Shown here: piece after piece, positions 16,461 through 24,356 of the stretch | Numbering within the stretch: the stretch's first letter is position 1 | How the letters are laid out: each line of letters starts with the position of its first letter | Translations under genes and position numbers: made by a program | DNA from: a virus | Taxonomy: Duplodnaviria > Caudoviricetes | Reading direction: 5' to 3' (one strand) | Virus record (IMG/VR): IMGVR_UViG_3300020045_020342 | Coordinates: 1 to 24,356 of that record | DNA length: 24,356 nucleotides | The notes under the pieces: model-generated | Told to the model about the DNA's origin: nothing | Database searches by the model: none | Seen by the model: only the letters and a program-made list of their open reading frames with translations

Positions 16461-17435
16461 TTAAAAACGTATTAAGGGTATTTTACCAATATTTTTTGGG
16501 CGGGTTTCGGTACCGCCGGTTGCGGTTGTTGTGTATGTTTTTGTAGTGGGCACACCGGGCGGGCCATCGGTTACACCAAGTGTTGCAGCAGATGCGGTAT
16601 GCTGTACCTGGCCAGTGGTAACATCATGCGTATGCGCTTTTAAAGCATCTTCTTCTAACCCACCGGCATATTCGTGCAGGCGGCCGGCATCCAGCCCACG
16701 GGTAAGATCCAGCGATCTATCAAACAAACCACGCTCATCTGGCAAACGAAAAGTTGTGCTACCATTACCCAGGCTAAAGCAGCCACGGTACACATTGGTA
16801 TTACCACCACTACCGGCCAGCCAGTCGGCATCGGTTACTACTTCCTGCCCGGTGGTAAGGGTTTGTACAAATTCCCAAAGGCGTGGGTAATCGGCACGGT
16901 TTACAACAGATCCATCCAACACCAGGTTATTGCCTTTTAGTTTACGGGCATGGTAGCTTTCGCCAACTGCATCAAAATTGCCAAAGCTTGCGCCAACCAG
17001 CCAGTAAGTTCCGGCGCTTATAAGTTCCAGCCGTTCGCCGCTGTACATGTACATAAGTGTACGGGTATCGGCAATGGCGTATTTTATAGTATCGGCAGCA
17101 CTTATGGTGGCGCATTTACCGGCCGTCATTAAACTGCTTAAAGGAAACCTATCGCCAACAGTGGTGGTGGCCACGCTGGGCATTGTAATGGTTATATGCC
17201 CGGTGGCTGTAAGTTCCTGCAGTATATTGGCATCGGCTACCGTTAATGTTTTATTAGCGGTAACTGCGGCTACGCTTGCAAGCCTGTATAAATTATTTTT
17301 TAAATACAGGGTACGGTTTACCAGCGTTTGTGCCTGTGCATTAGCAATAGCACCAGCACCACCCAATACCAGATCAGTAGTTTCTATTTGTATTACGCCG
17401 CCGGAAAAGGCGGCTGTTTCAGTTAAGTTTGCCAT
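16461..17435 (-). CDS. Tail fibre protein with tail-collar domain
   Basis: MANLTE...GGAGAIANAQAQTLVNRTLYLK; RADYPRLW, GNGSTTFRLPDERGLF, ETRPKNI. Confidence 0.88.
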   Translation of the reverse strand: MANLTETAAFSGGVIQIETTDLVLGGAGAIANAQAQTLVNRTLYLKNNLYRLASVAAVTANKTLTVADANILQELTATGHITITMPSVATTTVGDRFPLSSLMTAGKCATISAADTIKYAIADTRTLMYMYSGERLELISAGTYWLVGASFGNFDAVGESYHARKLKGNNLVLDGSVVNRADYPRLWEFVQTLTTGQEVVTDADWLAGSGGNTNVYRGCFSLGNGSTTFRLPDERGLFDRSLDLTRGLDAGRLHEYAGGLEEDALKAHTHDVTTGQVQHTASAATLGVTDGPPGVPTTKTYTTTATGGTETRPKNIGKIPLIRF

Positions 17436-17437
17436 GG

Positions 17438-17881
17438 TTAGTTTATATAAATTTTCCAGCTGCCAACAATACTAAAGGCGCTTGTTTTTGCAATAGCCGC
17501 ACGGGTTTTACGGGCACAAAGAATATCGCTATCGTTAAGCAACCCAAACTCTGTTATATTTAACCCGTTACCTTCGGCGGTGGTTAACTCCCAGGCAAAT
17601 AATACACTGTTTGCATCGGGGTAAGTAACCGCAGTAAATGCTTTTTTAAACTGGTTGGTTAATGGGCCAACATCGGTAACATCGGGCACGGCGGTACCCT
17701 CGCCTATGGCTATCTGGCTAATTTTTTCGCCGGCCACATTGCCACCCATTAATTTGCACAGGTTGGTTTTACCAAGCGTTACCACCAGGTTGGGCGCTAT
17801 AAATGTTTCCAGCACTTTACCATCGGGCGCTATGCAGCGCATGGTAAAAGTGCCTTTAAGTATCAGGTTGTCGTTTATCAT
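17438..17881 (-). CDS. Baseplate / tail-fibre attachment protein
   Basis: NLVVTLGK, IAIGEG, EGNGLNITEFGL; between gpI-like and fibre genes. Confidence 0.7.
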   Translation of the reverse strand: MINDNLILKGTFTMRCIAPDGKVLETFIAPNLVVTLGKTNLCKLMGGNVAGEKISQIAIGEGTAVPDVTDVGPLTNQFKKAFTAVTYPDANSVLFAWELTTAEGNGLNITEFGLLNDSDILCARKTRAAIAKTSAFSIVGSWKIYIN

Positions 17882-17883
17882 TT

Positions 17884-18558
17884 TTATACTATTGTAATGG
17901 TTAGTATATCCGTATCCTGGCTGAAGTTTTTGCTGCCATCGTACGTGTATGTGCCATCGTATTTAAAATTGCCACCGGCAAAAATTATATCTTCATCCAG
18001 GGCCGCCTGGTTCTCTACACTTTCATCGGTTAAGGTTAAATCATCGGTGCCCAAACCAAGGGTAAAACCAATTTCGTGCAGCCAGCTACGGGTATTTTTA
18101 TACTCGCTTATCATGCGCACCAGTTCGGCAATGGTTGCTACGCTTATGGTATTGCCTGCCAGCTCTATTGTTATTTTAAACCTTGCCCAGTGGCCGCCCA
18201 CATGCTCGGTAAAAATTATTGCCGGCGTACCATCGGGATTTTCGGACGGATAACCGATACTGTTAAGTGCCTGCTTTATTGCCCAAATGGTACCTTTGTA
18301 CCGATGTAACTCAATAGCACGTTTTATAACCTCACGCTTTTCGGCCACGGTATGTGCCAGTCCGTAACCTTTGTAACCCAACACATCAAACTGATCGGCC
18401 AAATGCACCAGCGCATCTTCATCAACTGTATCTATCAAATAGATCAGCAGCTTATCCAATTGCAGATCGGTAAATCTTTTTTTTACCAGCAGATCAAACG
18501 CTGCCAAATGCGGCAGGTATGCAATGCTATCGGCTAATATTACATTGTTATCACTCAT
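17884..18558 (-). CDS. P2 gpI-like tail protein
   Basis: LVHLADQFDV, KREVIKRAIELHRYKGTIWAIKQAL, YKNTRSWL. Confidence 0.9.
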   Translation of the reverse strand: MSDNNVILADSIAYLPHLAAFDLLVKKRFTDLQLDKLLIYLIDTVDEDALVHLADQFDVLGYKGYGLAHTVAEKREVIKRAIELHRYKGTIWAIKQALNSIGYPSENPDGTPAIIFTEHVGGHWARFKITIELAGNTISVATIAELVRMISEYKNTRSWLHEIGFTLGLGTDDLTLTDESVENQAALDEDIIFAGGNFKYDGTYTYDGSKNFSQDTDILTITIV

Positions 18559-19663
18559 CGTGTGTACCTGTTACTGTTGCTGTTATGGCTGTGCAATTGG
18601 TAAACACTTCTTCGGTGGCCACTATATCTGCTGCCGGTTCTATTAAATTAACATCATAAACACCGGGCACCATACAAAGGGCTATCAGCTGTGTACGCAC
18701 TACATCAATACCCAGGCGATTTATTCTATCGGCTTTGTAGGCTTCCAGGTTGGCAGTTACTGCGGCTTCAATATCGGCAGTATCTGCATTGGGTAATTTT
18801 GTTAACTCTGCCTCTATAGTATAATCTTCGGCGGTGGGTGCAATTACATAAACCGTATCGGTTAATGGCCTTACTTTTTCATCGTTACAAATTGCTGCAA
18901 CGCTATCCAGTATATCGGTGCCGGGTATGCCACCATCTTCCAGCAACGGGTAAATATTTACATCGCCGGGTGCAGGGCTGGTAACCGCCACATCTACAAT
19001 AGACGGGCTGGCACTTTTTGCAAAAAATTTATACGCACCTGTTGGCCCTGCTACACTAAATGCAGATGGTGCCAGTTTTATACGCTCCCTAAATTCTTCA
19101 TCGCTTTCATCATCGGCACCGCCATCGGTTGTAGCAGTGTTGGCCACGCCAGTTACAAATGCCAACGGATCGAGTATTACGCCAATATCGCCGGCAGCAT
19201 AGCCGTTACCAATTTTACCGGCGGGGCTGGCGGTTGCTTTTACAGCTTTTACCAACTGATCGCCAGTGGCGGTTTTTTCTTCGGTGGTAGTAAATATCAC
19301 TTTACCATCTACACTTTGCACCCGGTTACCAACGGGTATGGTTACACCGGTATGGCCTGCTACCAAAGTATATTGCAGGGTACACAATGCACCAGATGCA
19401 GGCAGGCGGGTTACACCTACCAACTGGCCCAGGTAATCCAGCATGGCGCCACGGCCAAAGTTTACCAGGTTTTGCCGGGCAGTATCGTTAATGTTACCAC
19501 GCAGCAACATTTCCCGGTAGGCAAAACCCTGCACCAAAAGCATTTCAACATCGGCAGGTGCAAAAGATCGGTTGGTACGCAGTTCCAGATCGGCCTTCAT
19601 TTCGGCAATTATCTGCGCCGAATCTTCGTGTACAAATTGCGGTATGGTTAAAGTGGTACTCAT
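18551..19663 (-). CDS. Baseplate J-like protein
   Basis: FAYREMLLR, GGADDESDEEFRERI, FSVAGPTGAY, VRPLTDTV. Confidence 0.93.
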   Translation of the reverse strand: MSTTLTIPQFVHEDSAQIIAEMKADLELRTNRSFAPADVEMLLVQGFAYREMLLRGNINDTARQNLVNFGRGAMLDYLGQLVGVTRLPASGALCTLQYTLVAGHTGVTIPVGNRVQSVDGKVIFTTTEEKTATGDQLVKAVKATASPAGKIGNGYAAGDIGVILDPLAFVTGVANTATTDGGADDESDEEFRERIKLAPSAFSVAGPTGAYKFFAKSASPSIVDVAVTSPAPGDVNIYPLLEDGGIPGTDILDSVAAICNDEKVRPLTDTVYVIAPTAEDYTIEAELTKLPNADTADIEAAVTANLEAYKADRINRLGIDVVRTQLIALCMVPGVYDVNLIEPAADIVATEEVFTNCTAITATVTGTHDE

Positions 19664-20628
19664 AATTCTACTTCCAGTGTAGTGCTGCTGTTTACGGTGT
19701 TGCTGTATAATGCCAGTACATAGCCATCGCTAAGGCTAAAAAAATCAGTATTAAAATCATCGCTAAATTCGCCCAGGCTATTAACCACATACTCCAACTC
19801 CCAACGGCCATAGCTGGCCCAGTTTGTACGGGCATAGTTCAACACATCTTCTTTACTATACAGCGCAGCCGGTGTACTTTGTAACAGGCCGCCGGCATTG
19901 GGGTTAAATTTTATATTATACGGTGTATCAAATACACCAACCGGTGGTACAAGTGCGCCAAAGCGCAGCATAACACCACCACCGCCCTGTAAAACAAATA
20001 TGCCCAAGCTGGCTTGTGTGTAATGCCCGGGGTTTAGGTTTAATGTAATTCTATCGGTAAGTAAACGCCAGGTGCCATAGTTACCCCAATTGGTTACGCA
20101 CCAGTTGTAAGTATCTAACGGTGTGGCAAAGCCGCCTGCCGGTGGCGATGGCTGTACCCCACTGTTATTTAAACTAAAATTTATGTAGTTACGGGTAAGG
20201 TAAATATTTGGTGGAAAGATGGCCTGCAACAACAGATCAACCGGCAGGCCACCACCGGTAATACCGCCGGGGTTAAATATGATACTGTCTATCAGGTTTT
20301 CATCAACCAGCAAATAGGTTATTTCAAACTCTAAATGGCCTGCAGCGGCTATGCGGTGGGTTACTGATTGTACTTTTATGCGTTTTTCCCAAATGGCTAA
20401 AGCCTCTATAATAGAAGCTTTAATATTAGGTATGGCAATGTTAACGGGTGCATCCTGGTAACTGTAAACACGGCTACCAAAAAGCGGCCTTAAAGGATCG
20501 GTACCAAGCGATGTGTGCAGTATAATACTTATGCATTGGCGCAGGCTGCTAATACCTTCGGCAATGGCGCCGGTACCCAAAATGGATATGCCCCAAACCT
20601 TGCTTTTAATATTGCTTAATGTGGCCAA
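19660..20628 (-). CDS. gpW/gp25-like baseplate wedge protein with long C-terminal extension
   Basis: IILHTSLGTDPLRPLFGS, WEKRIKV in the first 120 aa or so; TTG start. Confidence 0.85.
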   Translation of the reverse strand: MATLSNIKSKVWGISILGTGAIAEGISSLRQCISIILHTSLGTDPLRPLFGSRVYSYQDAPVNIAIPNIKASIIEALAIWEKRIKVQSVTHRIAAAGHLEFEITYLLVDENLIDSIIFNPGGITGGGLPVDLLLQAIFPPNIYLTRNYINFSLNNSGVQPSPPAGGFATPLDTYNWCVTNWGNYGTWRLLTDRITLNLNPGHYTQASLGIFVLQGGGGVMLRFGALVPPVGVFDTPYNIKFNPNAGGLLQSTPAALYSKEDVLNYARTNWASYGRWELEYVVNSLGEFSDDFNTDFFSLSDGYVLALYSNTVNSSTTLEVEL

Positions 20629-20708
20629 ATGCGTTGTTGATTTAGTGTGCTAAAAGTCCACTAAAAGGCGGCTTTTAAACGCACCAACATCGCACAGTTA
20701 ACGCACCG

Positions 20709-20930
20709 TTACAATGCGGCAACATCTTTCTGTTCAACATAACTGTAGCAACGGTTGCAGGCAGGTAGCCAAAAGTTTTGGGCCAGTAAAAAAATACCTG
20801 CACCACGTGTAAGTATGATATGGGTAGATGCGCCGGTGCACACCGGGCTGTTAACTTCGCAGATGCAACGCTTTTTTAAAAACGTGGTGCTTAGTTCTGC
20901 AAATATTTTTTGCGTTTTTTTGCAGGGCAT
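20709..20930 (-). CDS. Degenerate HNH-like zinc-binding protein
   Basis: CEVNSPVCT ... WLPACNRCY layout of small phage HNH proteins, with the expected His residues absent. Confidence 0.5.
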   Translation of the reverse strand: MPCKKTQKIFAELSTTFLKKRCICEVNSPVCTGASTHIILTRGAGIFLLAQNFWLPACNRCYSYVEQKDVAAL

Positions 20931-20932
20931 AA

Positions 20933-21748
20933 TTAAGGTGTAGCTATACCAGATGTGCCGCCACCAACAGTAACGCCCAGGTGCTTATGTGTTTTAAGGC
21001 CAATGGTACCGGCACTAACATCGCCGGCGGTGGTGCTTATATTGCCTGTAGCAATAAGGTTACCGGCTGCGGTTATATTACCACCGCCCGATGTGCCTAT
21101 AGATGCTGCTGTAAGTGCGCCGGTTACCGTTGCCGTACCCGTGATGGTTACCGCACCGGTTAATGCAATAGCAGGTGCAACTACGGTGGCACTGGTTGCG
21201 GCAGTGGCTTCTATAACAGGTGCAGTAGCGCTTATTTTTGCGGTGCCTGTGGCCTCAATGTTAACTGCATCGGCAGTAATATCGCCGGTGGCAGTAGCTT
21301 TAATATCACCGCCTGCATCTGCTGTAATATCGCTATCGGCTGTGGCTTTTATTTTTGCGCCGCTGGTTACTTCAATATCATCGGTGGCAATGGCTTTTAT
21401 TTTGCCTTGTATGTTGGCAGTAAGTATGTGGGTATTTTTGTCGTACTCAATAAAACTATCATCGCTAAAAAGTTTGCGGAATTTTCCGGCACCTTCATTG
21501 GCATCGGGCTCATCAGCATCGCTGTACACGGCGCCTTGTATTACACCATATTCGCAATTCTCGTCCATCATCACGAACACATGTTCCTGTATTTCGTATG
21601 GCCAGCTATCTTTGTCATTAAGTGAACGGCGCACCAACACGGGCAGCCAGTTGCTTACTATATCATCCTCTTCAAACTTTACCCTGGCAAAGCCTTTTTT
21701 AACTTCGCTGATAATGCCAAATTTACCTATGGTGTACCGGTTACTCAT
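20933..21748 (-). CDS. Baseplate spike protein gpV
   Basis: ARVKF..VSNWLPV OB domain, beta-helix repeats, C-terminal HKH metal-binding motif. Confidence 0.92.
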   Translation of the reverse strand: MSNRYTIGKFGIISEVKKGFARVKFEEDDIVSNWLPVLVRRSLNDKDSWPYEIQEHVFVMMDENCEYGVIQGAVYSDADEPDANEGAGKFRKLFSDDSFIEYDKNTHILTANIQGKIKAIATDDIEVTSGAKIKATADSDITADAGGDIKATATGDITADAVNIEATGTAKISATAPVIEATAATSATVVAPAIALTGAVTITGTATVTGALTAASIGTSGGGNITAAGNLIATGNISTTAGDVSAGTIGLKTHKHLGVTVGGGTSGIATP

Positions 21749-22817
21749 TTGCTGTATTTTGTTCGGATGGATAAGTACTTACTGCTGTGGATGCAGCTTT
21801 ACTTTTATGTTTTTCGGCAGCTATTAATGCGGTGCGCTTTACTTCCAGATCGCAGGTGTAGCCACCCGATTTTGTTAATGAGTGTTCGCTTTGGGTTATA
21901 TGGTATTTACCACTTAACCTGCCCAGCCCGGTTATTGTTATACTGTTACCAGCCACATACAGCACACTACCTGGTAAACTTATACTGCCACCCTGCTGCA
22001 GACTGTTAGCCCGGTGTAAAGCTGCTTTTGCAATAGCTTCGGCCTGTTGTTTATTCTCTGCCTTTACTCTTATTTCCATAGTATCGGCAACGGGCACGTT
22101 AACCATATTACTATCGGTATGAGTATAGGTTACAACTTCTTTTTTTGCCGGGTGAAAAAACTTTATGCGGGCATCTTTATAAGTAAGAAAAGATTTATCG
22201 CTAATGCTGTAATCGGTAAGCTGGCTTTTATCTACCGTTTTTACGGCGGCTGCACTTTCAATATTAAAAATACTGGTGAAAATTAGTGCCGTATCCCGGA
22301 TGGAAAACAGGGCACCGTATTGCTGGCCAATGCGGTTTAAAAAAGCCAGGTCAGTTTCACGCCACTGGGTGGTGCGCTCAATGGGTATGTTCATTACATC
22401 GCCCTGCAGGGTAAGGCCATTTTCTTTTGCCACAGCTTCGGCCAGTTGCTTTAAAGTTTTACCCTCGCTGGCAAAACTTTTTTTAGTACGCAGGCGTTTG
22501 TTTATGCCGGCGCTTAACCCTTTTAAACTAACCGTATCGCCACCGCTTTTGCTGCCGGTTAAACTTATCTCGTCGAGAGAAAAAGTACCGCACTTTAAAA
22601 TGCTTTGGCCCTGTATAATTTCAACAGTAAGCTTTGCACCTTTTGCAGGATACCAATCTGTTTGCCAAAGCTGATCACTATCTTCCAGATCTATGGTTAT
22701 TTCATCGGCAGCCTTTTCGGTTTTATCGGTATAGGTTAATGCTGTACAAAACCGGCTTATATCTTCGGTAATATTAGTGCTGTTGTAAAGTATGCGGTAT
22801 GTAACGGGAACTGGCAA
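21741..22817 (-). CDS. gpD-like baseplate hub (late control D family)
   Basis: LTYTDKTEKAADEITIDLED, QWRETDLAFLNRI, GLGRLSGKYHI. Confidence 0.92.
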   Translation of the reverse strand: MPVPVTYRILYNSTNITEDISRFCTALTYTDKTEKAADEITIDLEDSDQLWQTDWYPAKGAKLTVEIIQGQSILKCGTFSLDEISLTGSKSGGDTVSLKGLSAGINKRLRTKKSFASEGKTLKQLAEAVAKENGLTLQGDVMNIPIERTTQWRETDLAFLNRIGQQYGALFSIRDTALIFTSIFNIESAAAVKTVDKSQLTDYSISDKSFLTYKDARIKFFHPAKKEVVTYTHTDSNMVNVPVADTMEIRVKAENKQQAEAIAKAALHRANSLQQGGSISLPGSVLYVAGNSITITGLGRLSGKYHITQSEHSLTKSGGYTCDLEVKRTALIAAEKHKSKAASTAVSTYPSEQNTANE

Positions 22818-22840
22818 ATTGGTTTAGGGGTTTAGAAAGT

Positions 22841-23068
22841 TTAGAGGTTCCGCTTCCATGGCGGCAGATTTTCTTCGGTTGGTGGCAGTGCTGTTGTTTC
22901 AATAACGGGTATTCGCAACTCAATACCACCAGGTAATTTTTCGGTAATATCTACATCAGGGTTAGCAGCAATAATGGTATTCATTAATGATGCATCGCCA
23001 TACGCAAGTTGAGCGATAGAATCCCATCTAATATTTTCCTTTGTTATGTATGTTAACTCTTCTGCCAT
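22841..23068 (-). CDS. gpX-like (LysM-like) tail protein
   Basis: RWDSIAQLAYGD...IIAANP...LRIPV...LPPWK. Confidence 0.92.
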   Translation of the reverse strand: MAEELTYITKENIRWDSIAQLAYGDASLMNTIIAANPDVDITEKLPGGIELRIPVIETTALPPTEENLPPWKRNL

Positions 23069-23907
23069 TACGCTGGTTTACGGGTTATTGTAGATACGTT
23101 TGCAGATGTTGCCTGCTTTGCTATAGCACCAATAAGATTTTGAAAAGTAAAATGCAGGCTTCGTTTTGTGTTAAGGTCGCCACCTTCCATAGCGGTTGCA
23201 TAGCTTGTGCAATTAGTTATTAATGCAGCCACATTGCTTTGCATACCATATTGCGATAAACAATGGCTGTAAGAATTTGCCATGTTTTGGCTTGCACTTT
23301 TAACAGCAGTAACACTTGCAATAACACGAGATTTAGCAGTAGGGAAACCCTGAATATGCGATACAAAATCGCTATACTCTTTAGCCCGGTAACTTTGTAA
23401 ACTACTACTGTAAGATGATACCTGTGTTTTGCATGGCGTGGGGCCTGCTGTTTTCTTTTTGCCTACAACGCCTTTTTTTGAGCCTGTTGCGAATGCTTTT
23501 TTATTGGCCTTGGTTTGCTCGGTTTGCAGCCTATCGGCAATAAATTCTTTTAAAGTAAGGGTAACGGTAACAGCGATAAGATTGCCCAATTCATCTCGCT
23601 GTGCGGTTTCTTTACCAATGCTGGTTATTACAAAATCGCCAACCAGTTTACCGTTACCTAAAAGCAAAGGAAGTACATCGTAATTTACTGCATAGTCTGT
23701 AAGTGCCTTCACTCTTTGTTCTACTCCGCAAAAACTTTGATGCATGTAAATTTGAAGCTCCTGCTCTACAGCACCACGGCCGGTGGGCTGTAGCTTTGGT
23801 GGTGTATTGATAGTTTCATGACTAACCCATGAAATTTCAAGGGTATCGCTTTCAGATGTAGGGCTAAATGCTTTATCAAAAATTATATTTCCAAGTTGTG
23901 CATACAT
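23068..23907 (-). CDS. gpU-like tail protein with C-terminal helical extension
   Basis: MYAQLGNIIF, PKLQPTG, PLLLGNGKLVGDFVI, LTLKEF. Confidence 0.85.
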   Translation of the reverse strand: MYAQLGNIIFDKAFSPTSESDTLEISWVSHETINTPPKLQPTGRGAVEQELQIYMHQSFCGVEQRVKALTDYAVNYDVLPLLLGNGKLVGDFVITSIGKETAQRDELGNLIAVTVTLTLKEFIADRLQTEQTKANKKAFATGSKKGVVGKKKTAGPTPCKTQVSSYSSSLQSYRAKEYSDFVSHIQGFPTAKSRVIASVTAVKSASQNMANSYSHCLSQYGMQSNVAALITNCTSYATAMEGGDLNTKRSLHFTFQNLIGAIAKQATSANVSTITRKPA

Positions 23908-24275
23908 TAGGCAACGTGTTTCCAGGTTTTTTTATGAATAATTTTTTCAATTGTTTTTCTATGAAGTGAATACTTATTCATTAATAATTTTTTAGTCTCA
24001 GTTACATCAGATGATGTAGACATTTGTATTCTTATATCAATTACATCCGCTTCCATTAATTTTGAAGCCTTTGAGTTTTCACCTCTCATATCTACTCTTT
24101 TTAAACCACTTCTTTTTATACCAGTTACGTGTGCCCAATTTTCTCCCGTTACGATCCCTTTAATACAGCTTTTTGTAACATTGTACTTTAAAGCTAATTC
24201 CGATTTTGATTCACCCAATGCTGATAGTTTTTGTATATCAATGACATTTTCTAAAGTTAATTTACTATTATTTGA
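23907..24275 (-). CDS. C-terminal DNA-binding repeats of an HNH homing-endonuclease-like protein, 5' truncated
   Basis: Two repeats: NSKLTLENVIDI...LALKYNVTKSCI..I..GENWAHV and GENSKASKLMEADVIDI...KYSLHRKTI..I..KKTWKHV. Confidence 0.7.
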   Translation of the reverse strand, partial: SNNSKLTLENVIDIQKLSALGESKSELALKYNVTKSCIKGIVTGENWAHVTGIKRSGLKRVDMRGENSKASKLMEADVIDIRIQMSTSSDVTETKKLLMNKYSLHRKTIEKIIHKKTWKHVA

Positions 24276-24356
24276 AAATTTTTTTTGCGAATTATTAGAT
24301 TACTCTGAAATTTCTTCAATACAGGAAGATCTTACAGAAATGCTACACAATTTTAT

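Noticed and set aside
13328-17435. A remote VR in the tail fibre or adhesin genes
   Set aside because: I found no GSGFRF/WT/GGARL match by eye. Targets outside the window cannot be excluded.
20955-21827. 290-aa plus-strand ORF and other antisense ORFs (e.g. 4028-4498, 328-1031, 8927-9151)
   Set aside because: Shadow frames of well-supported genes on the opposite strand, with no recognisable motifs.
17438-23907. Tailocin or extracellular contractile injection system
   Set aside because: It is contiguous with integrase, repressor, early genes and lysis genes, so a temperate myovirus is simpler, although head genes are outside the window.

Overview
Temperate phage genome segment, probably from a Bacteroidota host (inferred from A/C-rich leaders without Shine-Dalgarno sites, a TAnnTTTG promoter motif and A-Q signal peptides). 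Left part (minus strand): early operon with a Cro-like gene, small ORFs, an HD hydrolase, a complete diversity-generating retroelement (DGR), DUF5131 and a C5 DNA methyltransferase. Centre (plus strand): CI-like repressor, a membrane OB-fold protein, a putative intact attP and a tyrosine integrase. Right part (minus strand): P2-like contractile tail/baseplate genes (U, X, D, V, W, J, I, fibre), two signal-peptide-bearing proteins and a lysis cassette. The standout is the DGR. One 78-bp template repeat (3855-3932) and a YADD reverse transcriptase serve three tandem small paralogous genes in the early operon rather than a tail fibre. All 47 TR/VR mismatches I counted by hand fall on TR adenines. 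There is no avd-like gene; a 98-aa ORF overlaps the RT stop instead. Both window ends look like inverted chimeric junctions.
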